Positions 11,414 through 24,724 of a DNA stretch of 64,000 nt are shown here, one piece after another; within the stretch, counting starts at the first letter, position 1, and the number at the start of each line of letters is the position of its first letter. Under the pieces are notes generated by a model. That model did no database searches. It had not been told where the DNA came from and was given only the letters and a program-made list of their open reading frames with translations. Where the stretch lies: NCBI GenBank assembly GCA_004764695.1, contig SMSO01000006.1:1131859-1195858 (forward strand), read 5' to 3'. This DNA is from Schizochytrium sp. TIO01. Its lineage: Eukaryota; Protista; Bigyra: Labyrinthulomycetes. The translations under genes were made by a program, and so were the position numbers.

Positions 11414-13104
11414 TTACACAGCACCCTGCTGGTACATGGCCTCAACAACTTGCTTAAAGGCACCAAGGTTGGCGCCCTTGACATAATCAACGTGGTCAGA
11501 TCCCTCGTGCTTGCCGTTTTCAACACAAGTCTTGTGGATGTTGCTCATGATGCTGTGAAGCTTCTCATCAACTTCCTCGCGAGACCAGGAAAGGCGCATG
11601 GAGTTCTGCGACATCTCCAGGGCAGAGACACCGACACCACCAGCGTTGGCAGCCTTGGCCGGACCAAAGATAATCTTGTTAGACTGGAAGACCTCGATAG
11701 CCTCCGGGGTAGACGGCATGTTGGCACCCTCGCAGACGCACTTGACACCGTTCTTGACAAGAGCCTCAGCGTCCTCCTTCTCAACCTCGTTCTGGGTAGC
11801 ACATGGAAGAGCCACGTCACACTTTACAGACCATGGGCGCTTGCCCTCAAGATACTCCACGCCGTCGAACTTGTTGGCGTACTCAGAAATGCGACCACGC
11901 TTGTTAAGCTTAAGGTCCTTGATAAAGTCAAGCTTCTCCTCGTTGATACCCTCCTTGTCGTAAATGGTACCAGAAGAATCGCTGAGGGTGACCACCTTGG
12001 CGCCAAGCTCAAGAAGCTTCTCTACAAGGTAGATGGCAACGTTGCCAGAGCCAGATGCAGCCACTGTAAGTCCCTTAAGGGGGGACTCTTCGGAATCGTT
12101 GTTGTTATCAGCGAAACGCAACATGGCATCGGTGAAGTACACAACACCGTATCCGGTGGCTTCAGGGCGAAGGTTGCTGCCGCCGAGGAGCTCCGGCTTG
12201 CCAGTAAGAATACCCTCGAAACGGTTGTGGAGCTTCTTGTACATACCATAGAGGTATCCAACCTCGCGACCACCGACACCAATATCACCGGCAGGGACAT
12301 CAGTGTTGGGGCCAATGTGGCGGTACAACTCAGTCATAAATGCCTGGCAGAATCGCATCACCTCGTTGTCGCTCTTACCCTTTGGGTTAAAGTCAGAGCC
12401 ACCTTTGCCTCCTCCGATAGGGAGACCAGTGAGACGGTTCTTCAAGATCTGCTCCGCACCTGTGGTCAACGAATATGATTATTGCGTGAATAATCCCAGA
12501 TTAAAAAGATAGAGAAAGAAAAGAGAGCGCCAGGTGGATATACCAAGAGACAATAAGCAGTGCTTGTGTTAGTAAACCGCATTCCATTAATTTTGGATGA
12601 ATGAGTTCTCCATCATCAACTCTTCAACAAGAATCTTCATGTCCTGCACTGCAAATTTAGAGATTCCTTGCCATTACATGCATCTACGAGGTTGAGATGT
12701 GAGATGATCGTAAAACCTTGATATAGGTTTCGAGAAATATGTTTTAACGTACCGAGGAACTTGAGGATGTCGAGGGTGACAGTAGGGTGGAAACGAAGAC
12801 CTCCTTTGTAGGGGCCACATGCGGAGTTAAATTGGACACGGTAGCCACGGTTCACTCGAGTGATACCGTTGTCATCCTGCCAGCACACACGAAACATGAT
12901 AATGCGCTCAGGTTCGACAAAGCGGGAAAGGATGTTGGCCTCGTGGTATTTCTTTCCCTCATCACTCTGCAGCCAGTCCCACACGGAGTGCACGATCTCT
13001 GACATAGCCTGGACAAAGTCGTCCTCGCCAGGGTTACGTTGCTCCAGGTACTTAATAAAGTCCTGGGCAGACTTAAACTCGGTGTCGCTCACTTGCTCGT
13101 ACAT
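11414..13104 (-). CDS. GDH1: NADP-specific glutamate dehydrogenase; exons 13104-12753, 12459-11414
   Basis: GPYKGGLRFHP, LKFLG|AEQILKN.LTGLPIGGGKGGSDF, DVPAGDIGVGGRE, RPEATGYG, GSGNVA, EGANMP. GT-AG intron 12752-12460 restores the frame. Confidence 0.95.
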
Positions 13105-16100
13105 TTTGGAGTTAAACGAAGTACTACTTTCCTACTAAATCGCAACTACTGCTGCTCTCGTGGTCGTTGTTGAACCTAAGGTCTTTGTTTGAGATCTCCA
13201 CGTTCAGGTTTTGCTGTACCTAAGTTCTTCTGCCAACCTCGTCATGAAGACAGGTCCATAGTACCTATAACCTAATTACCAACTCACTAGCAGTGCACTA
13301 AAGGACGACGAAATTGCAAATAGGAGAAAGTGAATCTCAGACGACGGAAATGAGATGAAAACACCTCTGTAAACTATTGAGCGGCAGGTACGTACCTCCT
13401 ACTGCTATGCTGCCTTATGATCAAGCGAGAGCAAGAAAGAAGACCAGTTCTAGCGCTTTTTCTTTTTCTTTTTGTTTGTTTGTTTGTTTGTTTGTTTTAT
13501 GTCTTGAACGTTGATTTAGTGCAACTACTAACAAGTCGCCTAGGCCGATGCTGTTCGCAAGCACAAGAGAGCAATCAAGAAACGTGAAGGAAGGAAGCAG
13601 AAACGAGAGGAGTGACGCCGTACAAAATAAGAGGACACTGAGCGAAGCTTTTCCAATGTTAATTTTATTTACTTTCAGGCCAATTCTTTATTCTAACTAA
13701 AAAATGATTGACTTGAAAATAAACCAAAGTGTAATATTACTATATACAAACAAATCTTGAGGGAGAAAAAGAAGGAAAAGAAAAAGAAAAAAAAGTAGCA
13801 TTGCTTGACATATCTATTACTTAGCTACCTGCCTATAGTGTTCGACTCACTGCCAACTAGCTACTTAGCATCCTGCGTAATGATACATAAATTACAAACT
13901 CATGTGGGTCTTGACTCGGGCAATAAATATCATAGCTGAGTTAAGTCTTCCTGATCCAGTGGTCGATCTTTCCAGTGCTGCCATCGGCCAAGTACGTAGC
14001 GGGAACTCGTGTTTGATCGATGCTCGCTGTAAAAAGCCACTCTATTCGCGCCTTGTTATCTATTTCATGATTGAATTAATTGATTTTAATCTAAAAACTT
14101 AAAAAAAAAAAATCAACTTAAAACTTTTTTTAATGTCTAACTTTTAAAAAAAAAAAAATGAAAAGAAGAAATGTAAAAGAAATTAAATCCTGCCGTGAGC
14201 TGAGCAAACAATCAAGTTACCATCGCCAATGCTTTGGTTTCTTCAGGGTCCCGCAGCTTCTCGCGGTCTCTCGGCGCGATTTGGCTATGACAGGCGCGTC
14301 GACCGCAGCTCCGACTATTTTCCAATCGCCCAAAGTGGAACTGACCGCGCGGTCAATAAACATCCGTCACTCAATCGAAGATCCACTTTGCAGGTAACGA
14401 GTGGCTCTTCTTTTCTTTCTTCGTCGTTTTTTTTTTTTTTTTTTTTCATAGACTTTTCATAAGATTTATCTCTTTCCTCTTCCTTTCCGCCTCCCTGTCT
14501 CTCAGAAGAAGATACAAGAAGAGTCGTTTCTCTGGGCCCTTCTGCTTTTACATGCACACGAACACATGCATAGCAACGAAGATCCTCCTTTGCTGCTACC
14601 AGGAACGCCTTGATTCCTTATCATATTATTTAACTATTTTATAAAAGCTATTACATAGAAAAAAAAAAAATTATAATGTAGAACATAGTTAGTTTCCTGA
14701 AAGCAGAGTTCGCAGACGCTTCTCTCTCGTTTTCCATCGTTCTTCGCCCCGCGTTGACAAGCTGCATCTCTTGCTTCTCAGCACCCAAAGAGGGCGGTGC
14801 GAGGGGCGGCTGGAGGGCGATCGTCACCTGCCTGGGCTCAAGAGGACAATGGCTTCATCGCGATTCGCAGATCTTCTGTGGCCGGTTTCTCGAAAGCACT
14901 TATGTACCAAGCAAGGTCTCCTTTCTTTCTCCCTCACAACTAAAGTTATTCCTGGCGATTAAAACAATTTAAAAAGAAAAAAAAAAGAAAAAAAAGAAAA
15001 GAAAAAAGGTATTCAAATTAAGAAGAAGATAAGAAGAAGATAAGAAGAAGATAAGAAGAAAGAGCATCTTCACTTTTTTTAGAGCTATCTCTAAAGAGGC
15101 AATTGAGGGCCCATTCGTAAATAAAATACTTTCCAAGATAAATAAGTAAACCAAATCAAAACGCACTATTGCGCAATAGGAATAAATAAGTAAATCAGGA
15201 CTCAGAGGCGCCTCAGAACTGAGTTAGTTCTTCTCTGTCTTTCGTTACCTCTTCTTTGGCCTTTCTCCTCCTCCTTCTGCTGAGCCTCGAGGCACTGCTC
15301 CTCTCGCTGCCTCAACACGTGCATGGCGAATGTAGTCGCTGCGCAGCCATCTATCTCAGACGCCCTCGCCGCGTCGGCGGTCGATGGCTCCTTGCCGAGA
15401 AGGCAGCAGCTCAGCTCCAGAGGTCCATGGAGAGTCCATGGGGCCTCTGCCTGCCTGGCGATGCTTCACGTGAATGCGAAAGCCTCGCTCTGCTGCGAGG
15501 GTCGTGACAACTAGCGCTACAGAGGCCTCGGATGGGCCAGCACATGCTGGCCACAACGCTGCGGCCAATCTGCAGTTCCCACGGCCTCGCGACAGCTGGA
15601 GGCACACGTTTTTGAGAGCCGCCGCTTCCGAGGTCGACCTTGGGTTGAGACGCAAATGACAGCGGCGATGACAAGAATGACAACGATGACAATGGCGAGG
15701 ACAGTGATGCACAACACAATACCTGTGACATTGGAATCGATGCCGCACCACGTTGACATCAACTCAGCGCGAGCAATGTTGACTGGGACGAGGCCACACA
15801 TATGCGTCGGAAACTCAGAGCTCTGCGACCGTCTGACCTTGGGTGGTGCCTCGTCGTGAAGGATAGATCTTGGTCATTTTGGGCTGCCGAGGCGCTCAAG
15901 GAAGGAAGCTCTTGCTCATCGCTGTGCGCCTTGGCTCGCGAGTCTTAGCCGGGACGATATTCGGGATGCACGACAATGCTCCCTCGAACTCGACGAAGAG
16001 CTCGAGCTCCAGCTGCTTGAGCTGCTTGAGCTGCTTGAGCCTGAAGCTAAACAGATACCTTGCGCCAGGTACCACCCACTGTCATCGTTCTCACAAGCCC

Positions 16101-16208
16101 TGGAACGCAACTTTCACTCAGCGTTTGGACATTCTTCTCAAGATCCTTCTTCAAGATCTTCTTCACACAGAGTCGTTCACGAAAGTGCTTCGAAGGTCAT
16201 CATTTAGC

Positions 16209-16264
16209 TAGATATAGATAGATACATAGATAGATAGATACATAGATAGATAGATACATAGATA
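16209..16264 (+). repeat. (GATA)n/(CATA) microsatellite
   Basis: Direct reading of the sequence. Confidence 0.9.
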
Positions 16265-16339
16265 AGTAGACATATAGATGTAAGTGAGTGAATGAGTGAT
16301 ACCGAAGCGATAGCTTTGATTTCGCTTAGCGTCCTCGTT

Positions 16340-16470
16340 CGCTTGTTCGTTTGTTCGTTCTTGCGTGCTTGTTTGCGTGCTTGTTTGCTTGCTTGTTTGC
16401 TTGCTTGCTTTCTCGCTCGCTCGCGTGCATTCTATGCCCTCGATTTGCTCGCTTTGCTCGCTTTGCTTGC
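16340..16470 (+). repeat. Degenerate (GCTT/GTTT/GCTC)n microsatellite
   Basis: Direct reading of the sequence. Confidence 0.8.
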
Positions 16471-19400
16471 CTGGGAACCCGCTTGCGCATCACGAGAGCC
16501 GCCCACGGAATCAATCCCTGCTCTGCTCAAGTCGCAACAGTTTCTTCACTGGCAGGGGTTCATTCTTGCAGGAAACCAGAACCTGAACCTGGCCAGGCAC
16601 ATGTGCCTTCATGCAAAGCTACCGCGGGTCTCAGAAGCCGCTCAAGATCATCCCGAAGCTCTTGGCCTCTTCTTCGCCGTCTGCCCTGACTTGATGGGCC
16701 ACAGGCACCGAGCTTTACAGAACCTGAACCTGAGCTTTACAGAAATTGAAGTTGACAACCAACCAACCAAAAGTCTTGAAGCTAGCTAGCTAGCTAGCTA
16801 GCTGCTCAGAGTCTGCTTCGCCGCGTGGACGATCTTCAAGCTCGCAACGCCGCGCAGGTCCAGCTTGAAGACGCTCCTCACGCCGAGGCCTCCTTCGCCA
16901 CGCTTGACCCTAATACGCCCTAATGTGGTGCCTGCTGTGTTTTGCTCACGCTGCGTATCTTTCTTTATCTTTCGTGCAATAGTCACTGTCGCTTTATCTT
17001 TGAGCCTATATTATTGCTCTAATTTTACTTTAAATGAAGATTAAAATTCTGAATAAAGTAACAAGTCAAAAACAAAAACAAAAAAATAACTTTAAAACGA
17101 CCCGAACTCACAATAAGACCAAACAAACCAAACAAATTAAAACGAAGTGAGATGAAATAGAAGAAGATAAAAGAGATAAGAAATACGAAGAAACCCATTC
17201 ATGGTTTGGGTAAGCAGAGAGAGAAAGAGAGAGAGAGAAAGAAAGTAAACGAACTCAAAAGAGTGCGGAGGAAAACAAAGCGCGATGTATTAAAAGAAAG
17301 TGTTTAAAACAAACACACAGAAAGATTGACGTACGAAAGACAGAAAGAAACACAGAAAGCAAACAAAGCATTGCTTTCCTTGCCTTGCCTCGTTTCGTTT
17401 CGTTTCGTGGGCCTCGCGCCTGTTTCATTCCCTCGTCTCGCGGGCTTCGCTCCTGCGGCGTGGAGGACGGGAACGGCACTTCAGCAGCAGCCGGGGGCAG
17501 TGCTGGCGCCCCGCGCAGTGCTGGTGCCTCGGGCGGCCTGACGGACTTTCTGCGGGCATTCATTCCTGCACGGACGCCGACCTCCAGTGGACCCAGCAAG
17601 CGAGCAACCAGCTCAAGTCCCAGAACTTCGACCTCCATACGCTTGAGCTGAAGGCGGCGGTCTCCGCGGGACGCTTCCACGACGAGCAGTCGCTGCGAAG
17701 CTGGTGGATAGACGGTGCCTGCTCCTGCCTGGCGGCGGCTTTCGCTCAGGCGATGCACGTGAACGACCCCATTACACATTCGTTACACATTGCATGACAC
17801 ATTCACAGCAGCACAGGAAGTCATCATCATCGTCATCAAAAAACAACATCGCCATGGCGCTCGACATGAGGAGGAAGATGAATCCAAGCGGCGGCGGAGA
17901 CATTTAGAAGCAGCGCTGAGGGCGAGCTCGCGTCTGCTTCTTCAAGGCCGCTCACGTTCAAGGCAGCCGCGGATTGATCGCCAATCGCGACAGGCAGGCA
18001 TCTTGGTCGCATTTCATGATTCATGATTCGGGCGTATCGCAAATCTCGCGATGCGCTGTTGCCGTGGCTGTCGATGCTGCTGTTGCTGTCGATGCTGCAA
18101 GTCTCTGCCAAGGTTTGCTTCAATTCCAAGTGGCACGCTCGTGCGGGTGCTGCCAAGAACGTGGCCCTTCGTGTGCAGGGAAGAGGCTCGATTGGAGAAG
18201 TTGTTGCGCTGGTGCCGGGCTTGAGGGATATAGCTAGCTCCTCAGAGCGCTGCGAGTATGAATGAGGAATATCCGGTGGAAGGAAAGAAAACACAGCTCT
18301 GCCGTGAACTATGTGTATGTATGTTCCTGCGCTGCGTTACACGCTCAATTTGAGTAACCCCTCTGCTTTCCTAAGTTCCATTGTGTGGTTTTGCAATGAA
18401 TAAGACGTTCTCGCTTCGTCTTTCGATCTGCGCAGGGTCGATTAAGGTGTGTTTGTTTTCTTCGAATTGGTTTCATGCTGCGCCAATTTAATAAAGTAAA
18501 GTACACGAATTAAGAGTAACGCGAGCAATCCTTAAAAAAAACAAAAAAAAACTTCCAAGTTATTCATGGCTCTATTCATTTCCTTTTTTATTGTATTCAA
18601 GTTATATTTAAAAATGAAAAGCAAATAAGAAAGTCTCTTTTAACGTTCAATTCTTATTGAATTAAATAATTAATTAATATTAAAAAAAATAAAAAAAATA
18701 ATGAAATTTCAGTTTTATGGTAAATAAATTACTTAAACAAAACTTAAACAAAACAAGGGTGCCTCTAGAGCTACCTAAAGGTAGAGAGCACTTCCTCCCA
18801 ATGTAATATTTGAAGAACAACGACCGATTAGGTTCGCAGATCCGGAGATATTCTCAATCAATCTTCTTGGCGGATACCCGCAGACAGCAGCCATCCAGCG
18901 CTTGGGCTGTTCGCCCCCCCCCCCGAAGATCTCCGAGCTGCCGCCTTGGGTCAGTTTCCGCAAAGCACATGCTGCCTTGCTGAGCCATTCTGCTCGTGGC
19001 CAGAGGTTTTGGGACATCTTTAAACTGTCTGTGCACTATGGTGAGGTGAGAATAAGTGATGAATCAACGAATCAATCAATGAATGAATGATTCAATGAAT
19101 CATTCAATCAATCCATCGACAATCGACGAGTCATAATCAATAAGCTGCGATAACCTATGACTGTCCTGAAGAACCTGAGCTCATTAACTCCCCCGTCAAT
19201 TGCGATAGAGCAGATCTCACAATTTCGCTCTCTGCGATCTCTCAAACTGACCAAGAACTCGAGACGTTCGCGGAGGGGGGCCGTACAGAGAGAGAGAGAG
19301 CTGTCGATCGAGGAAAGTGGTTTCATGGCGTTGATTCTTACATTTCTGGGCGCAGATAACGAAGAATCCCGTGAATAAAAAGTGCCGCAAACCCTTTGCA

Positions 19401-19567
19401 TTACATCAGAAGTTCCTAGGCAGTGGTAGCAGCAGTAGGGAGGTATCAAAACCATCGCCAACGCTGTTCGTTTTGCTTCTGAATCCTGCAACTTCCTGCC
19501 CCCTCGCAAGTCAAGACCTCGCCGAGCTATAGATTGAGTTGGTATTATTGCATGATAGCATGATAAC

Positions 19568-19740
19568 ATTGCAATATTGCATTGCATTATTGCATTGCAT
19601 TGCATTAATGCATCAAAGCATTATGGCATTATAATATTATTGCATGTTATTGCATTGCATTACACCATTACATTATAACCATATTGCATTATACTAATAT
19701 TATTGAATTGCATTGCATTGCATTGCATTGCATTGCATTG
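19568..19740 (+). repeat. (ATTGC)n pentanucleotide repeat, perfect at about 19707-19740 and degenerate upstream
   Basis: Direct reading of the sequence. Confidence 0.85.
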
Positions 19741-20487
19741 GTTCTCAGAAGAGGCAGGCAACGAGTTGGAGTCGAAAGGCTCAAGCCAAAACAATCGCGC
19801 ATTGCATCCACGGTCGCCACCTCGTCACGCTCGCTCAGTCGGCTTGGATGCAAGCAAGATTTGCGAATTCCAGGAAAGGACGCCATTCCTCTGTGAGCAC
19901 AAGAATGAAGTTTCTATCTGTCTAACTAACTCTCTCTCTCTCTCTATCGAGCTGAGAGCTCGAGGGCACTCTGGCCAACTCACTCGACCCCGAACTGGCG
20001 GGGATTCGAGGCTCGACGTGCGTGACAAAGTGACACGGCATTGCCAAGCTCCCATTTCAAGAACGATGCTCGCTCCCCTCCGCCCTCCGTCCTCGCCCAC
20101 CCGCTTCTGCAGAGCGCTCCAAGGCCATTCCGAAGACCACCGCAGCTCAAGCCACCCTCAAGGGCTCCCAGAACTCCTGGAACTCCGGAACCCATTTTCA
20201 AAGTGGCCCATTTGAGCAACCCGTTTTATGGAAGTGGGCTATGAGTAGCCCAGCTTTTTCCCTAGAGGGGTGCCACATAGGTGTATGGACTAATACTGCC
20301 TAGAGTGCCTACATACTAGACTAGACTAATAGTAGTTAGGCAGGTATACATATACAATATTACATATGGGAAGAGAGCGGAAAGAAGGGAAAGAAGGAGA
20401 TGAGGATTGGCAGTGAGGGATCGAGACAAGAAATCGCGATCAAAGCTTACGGCGCGAGGGAGATTGCGGCGGGGCTGTGGTGCGAAG

Positions 20488-23400
20488 ATGTCGGCAGATC
20501 TTTACGATGAGTTTGGCAACTATATTGGACCGGACATCGACAGTGACTCAGAGTCCGGGTCTGAGTCCTCCTCAGGCTCTGAGGACGACGCCAACGATGG
20601 CGAGGCCACCACGGAGCGCAACACGCAGACGCTGAGTGGTAGCGGGAGAATATCTGCAGATCAGAAGGCATACAGCGATGAACGAGGAGAAGGATCTGGA
20701 GCTGCACGTGGTGGTGCTGGTGGCTTGGGTGGCGATGATGACGATGACGATGAAGAAGAAAATGATGACGATGATGGGGATGTGAGAATGGATATGAGCT
20801 CCACGGCGATTGTTTTGCATGAGGATAAAAAGTTCTATCCAGATGCAGAGGAAGTCTATCCTGGTGTGCAGGTGCTTGTGCAGGATGAAGACACCCAAGG
20901 AATCGAGGAGCCAATTATTAAGCCTGTGGAGATCAAGGTATTTTCAAAGCTGTACGAGGATGCCCCGAATTTGAGGTACAGTGTGAACTTTCTTAACTCG
21001 CTCACTGCAAGACCAATGCTTATGCGGAATGTTGCATTGGTAGGCCATCTGCATCACGGAAAGACAACGCTCCTTGATATTCTTATTGACCGCACCTTTG
21101 AACAACCGAAGCGGACTGAGCTTGCACGCAAGTATGCAAAGGCTTCACCAAGATACTGTGACACACGCATCGACGAGCAAGAGAGGAAACTGTCCATTAA
21201 ATCATGCCCCACCTCGCTTGTGCTTGAGGACGGACGCGGGAAAACGTACTTGATCAACACTATTGACTGCCCTGGACATGTAAACTTTTTAGACGAAACA
21301 ACTGCAGCCCTACAAGCAGCGGATGGTGTTCTTCTTGTTGTCGATGCTGTGGAAGGACCGATGATTAGTACTCGCCGGGCAATCACCCAGGCTGCGCGTG
21401 CTGGAATTCCTATTTCACTCTGTGTTTCAAAGATTGACCGCCTTATTCACGAACTCAAACTTCCGCCTACTGACGCTTACATGAAACTTAAAAACGTTAT
21501 TGACCAGGTCAACGATATCTTGAAATCCGAGGCACAAGTTTCCCCAAACCAAGCTCGCCTCTCACCTACAAAGGGAAATGTTTGCTTCGCCTCAGGCGAA
21601 GATGGGTATTGCTTCACGCTCGAGTCATGGGCACGGCTTCACTTGCGTCAGCGTGGTCTCGCAGATCGTGTTGACGCAGCCCAATTTGCCAAACGTCTGT
21701 GGGGTAATGTTTACTTTGATCCTGCTACACGCAAGTTTGCGCCTCAACCATCTGCCCAAGCTAGGTCTCGTGCGCGCTCATTTGTACACTTTATTCTTGA
21801 GCCCCTTTACAAGATCTACTCTCAAGTTTTGGGCGAAGAACCGGAGGCCCTTAGACCCGTGTTGCAAGAATTACACGTCTACCTAAGCGAGAAAGAACTT
21901 CGCCTCGATCCGCGCCCGTTGCTGCGGATCGTTTTGGACAGATTCTTTGGTGCAGAGGCTACCTCAGGTTTTGTTGACCTTGTTGTAGCACATGTTCCAT
22001 TCCCTGGTTCACCTGAGAACCAAGAGAAACTCTCCTACTTGTACACTGGTTCTGACGATACAAGTGCCAAGAGTGTACTCAGATGCGATGCCAATGGCCC
22101 TCTTCGTGCGCACATTTGCAAACTATATGCAACGCCCGATGGCTCTTCATTTCGCGCTCTCGCGAAAATATATAGCGGTTCTCTCAAGGCAGGTCAGCGT
22201 GTAAGGATTCTTGGCGAATCCTTCTCTGCAATGGACCAAGAAGACTCAAGTGTTGTGACTATTGATGCCCTCAGCATTTGCCAAGCTCGCCACCGCATTC
22301 TGGTGGACCGTATGACCGCTGGAAACTGGGTTTTGATCGAAGGTATTAGTGATTATATTTCCAAAACAGCTACTCTTGTTGCAGATGACGAATCTCTCGA
22401 CTCAGTATGTACATTTCGCGCACCACAATACGATGACGCAGCGGTCATGAAGCTAGCGCTAGAACCAGTCAATCCGCCTGATCTTCCCAAGATGCTCCAT
22501 GGCCTGCGATGCGTTAGCAAATCTTATCCACTTTTGCGGACCAAGGTCGAGGAAAGCGGCGAGCATGTTATTTTTGGAACAGGCGAGATGTACTTGGACT
22601 GTGCCATGCAAGACTTACGCGAAATGTATGCTGGCGTGGAGGTCAAGGCCACGGATCCTATGGTATCCTTTTGTGAATCTGTGGCAAATACCTCTGTGTG
22701 CAAGGCTAGAACAGAGACACCCAACCTGCGCAACTCTTTCACAACAATCGCTGCACCTTTGGAGAAGGGACTCGGCAATGCGATCGAACAAGGTAAACTC
22801 AAGTGGGAGGACGGGGCTTCACGATTGGGTGATGATCTGATCAAGATGTTTCATTGGGATAAGCTTGAGGCACGTTCGTTGTGGGCTTTTGGTCCTACCC
22901 CTAAGGGCGCAAACGTCTTTATTGATGATACCATCAACGGTCAAGTTGACAAGAGTTTAGTGGAATCTGTGCGAGACTCCGTTGTTCAAGGGTTCTGTTG
23001 GGCCACGCGTGAAGGTCCTTTGTGTGATGAACCTATGCGTGACGTCAAATTCCGCATGCTCAATGCTTCGATAGCCTCTGAGCCCATTCATCGCGGTGCA
23101 GGCTTTGTCATCCCTACAATGCGGCGAGCCGCTTATGCCGCTTTTCTGTATGCAAGTCCACGTCTCATGGAGCCTATCTATGCCGTGGAAATTCAAGCTC
23201 CCAAAGATCTGTCATCAGCAATCAACAGAACCCTCCAGCTTCGACGCGGGCGTCTCTTTGCAGATGCTCCTGTGCCAGGCACGCCATTCAGCCTTTTCCA
23301 AGCTTATGTCCCTGTGATTGATTCCTTTGGCTTTGAGACAGATCTTCGCGCCCATACTCAAGGTGCTGCTATTTGTCATCAATACTTTGACCATTGGGAT

Positions 23401-23700
23401 GTTGTTCCTGGTGACCCCCTAGATGATAGCGTGATCCTACGCCCTCTGGAGCCGAGCCGCGGTCAGGACCTCGCACGTGAATTTATGATCAAAACTCGTC
23501 GTCGGAAGGGCCTCCCTGAAGATGTGGCTGTAGCCAAGTACTTTAGCCCTGACGGTCTCGAGGCATACAATAGAGCTCGGCGTCGTCTCAGAGGTGAAGA
23601 GGTGGAGGAAAATGAGGAGGATGGATCTTCATCTGATTCGGACTCTTCTTCCTCCTCTTCCTCTTCCTCTAACTCTGATAACGAGGACGAGAAGCCGTAA
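20488..23700 (+). CDS. EFTUD2: U5 snRNP 116-kDa GTPase (Snu114/EFTUD2)
   Basis: MSADLYDEFGNYIGP N-terminus, IVLHEDKKFYP, GHLHHGKT, PGHVNF, EESGEHVIFGTGEMYLDC, ATREGPLCDEP, REFMIKTRRRKGL. ATG at 20488; intronless. Confidence 0.97.
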   Translation: MSADLYDEFGNYIGPDIDSDSESGSESSSGSEDDANDGEATTERNTQTLSGSGRISADQKAYSDERGEGSGAARGGAGGLGGDDDDDDEEENDDDDGDVRMDMSSTAIVLHEDKKFYPDAEEVYPGVQVLVQDEDTQGIEEPIIKPVEIKVFSKLYEDAPNLRYSVNFLNSLTARPMLMRNVALVGHLHHGKTTLLDILIDRTFEQPKRTELARKYAKASPRYCDTRIDEQERKLSIKSCPTSLVLEDGRGKTYLINTIDCPGHVNFLDETTAALQAADGVLLVVDAVEGPMISTRRAITQAARAGIPISLCVSKIDRLIHELKLPPTDAYMKLKNVIDQVNDILKSEAQVSPNQARLSPTKGNVCFASGEDGYCFTLESWARLHLRQRGLADRVDAAQFAKRLWGNVYFDPATRKFAPQPSAQARSRARSFVHFILEPLYKIYSQVLGEEPEALRPVLQELHVYLSEKELRLDPRPLLRIVLDRFFGAEATSGFVDLVVAHVPFPGSPENQEKLSYLYTGSDDTSAKSVLRCDANGPLRAHICKLYATPDGSSFRALAKIYSGSLKAGQRVRILGESFSAMDQEDSSVVTIDALSICQARHRILVDRMTAGNWVLIEGISDYISKTATLVADDESLDSVCTFRAPQYDDAAVMKLALEPVNPPDLPKMLHGLRCVSKSYPLLRTKVEESGEHVIFGTGEMYLDCAMQDLREMYAGVEVKATDPMVSFCESVANTSVCKARTETPNLRNSFTTIAAPLEKGLGNAIEQGKLKWEDGASRLGDDLIKMFHWDKLEARSLWAFGPTPKGANVFIDDTINGQVDKSLVESVRDSVVQGFCWATREGPLCDEPMRDVKFRMLNASIASEPIHRGAGFVIPTMRRAAYAAFLYASPRLMEPIYAVEIQAPKDLSSAINRTLQLRRGRLFADAPVPGTPFSLFQAYVPVIDSFGFETDLRAHTQGAAICHQYFDHWDVVPGDPLDDSVILRPLEPSRGQDLAREFMIKTRRRKGLPEDVAVAKYFSPDGLEAYNRARRRLRGEEVEENEEDGSSSDSDSSSSSSSSSNSDNEDEKP

Positions 23701-24693
23701 TTCCTTGCTTATTCTAGATCCTGCTCTGGATTAAACAGCGCAAAGATGAGTTTCCACATCCTCTAGTGGCAGTTGATCAGAGAGTGAATCGCGTGCTTCG
23801 CAACACTGAGATGTTTCTCAGTCCATTCGTTGGGTTGCACAGAAGAAATTCGCATGATTCCTGATCAAATAAATGCCAAAGACGTGATGACGTTTATATT
23901 GTTGCAAGTCAATAACACGAGCGAGTGCCAAGGAAACAACACAATACAACTCTCAACCAAATCGCCATGAGCAGTATGTTTCTTTGTAAGTTAGCTCATC
24001 CGAGTTTACTGGCACCCTGTAACCCCCCTAGCCTGACCTTAAACCAGCCGATCGGGGGGACTGTAGAGAACGACAGTGACTAGCGTCAGCCAAACTCTCC
24101 ACCCGCTTGGCGGTGGGTGATATCTTCGAGAAGAAGACATCCTTCCAAGCACCTAACTCCGATATCCCCCGAACGTTTGCTTCGCAGCAGATCGATGGTC
24201 TAGATATATCTAATCCCTCGCCAAACTATGAGGAAATCCCGAAGAAGAAGATCTCGCAGAACTGGTCCAGTTCTCCGGCGTAACGTATCCTACTACCATA
24301 ATACGCATAACAAAATCTTATGTCCTCTCACGTAGTGTCTACAACGGTAGAGCAACACCAAAAGAGCAGCACAGTACCTGGGGTACCAACGAATTAGGTC
24401 CCCCAAAGCGCAGAATCACTCATGGAAGGAATTACAAGCAATCACATCTTTGATGTGCAGTGCACATTTGCGATGCACATTTGACCTCTGTTGAGCAGCA
24501 GCTTCTTCTTATTAACTCACCATAACAATTTCGACCACCAACACCATCGTGCAACTAACTCTCCATGCCGACCAGAGCCAGCCCAAACGCTGCACAGAGA
24601 CGAAGACACCTTCAGTCTCGGCTCAATTAATTGGCATCGCCGAAGAAGAAAACATCGGTCAGTCAAGTCAATCAGTCAGTCTCAGAGCAGAGC

Positions 24694-24694
<1 letters not shown>

Positions 24695-24724
<30 letters not shown>

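Noticed and set aside
11387-12478. 363-aa antisense ORF over GDH
   Set aside because: Mirror-frame ORF expected from the strong codon bias of a highly expressed gene; GTG start and no recognisable motifs.
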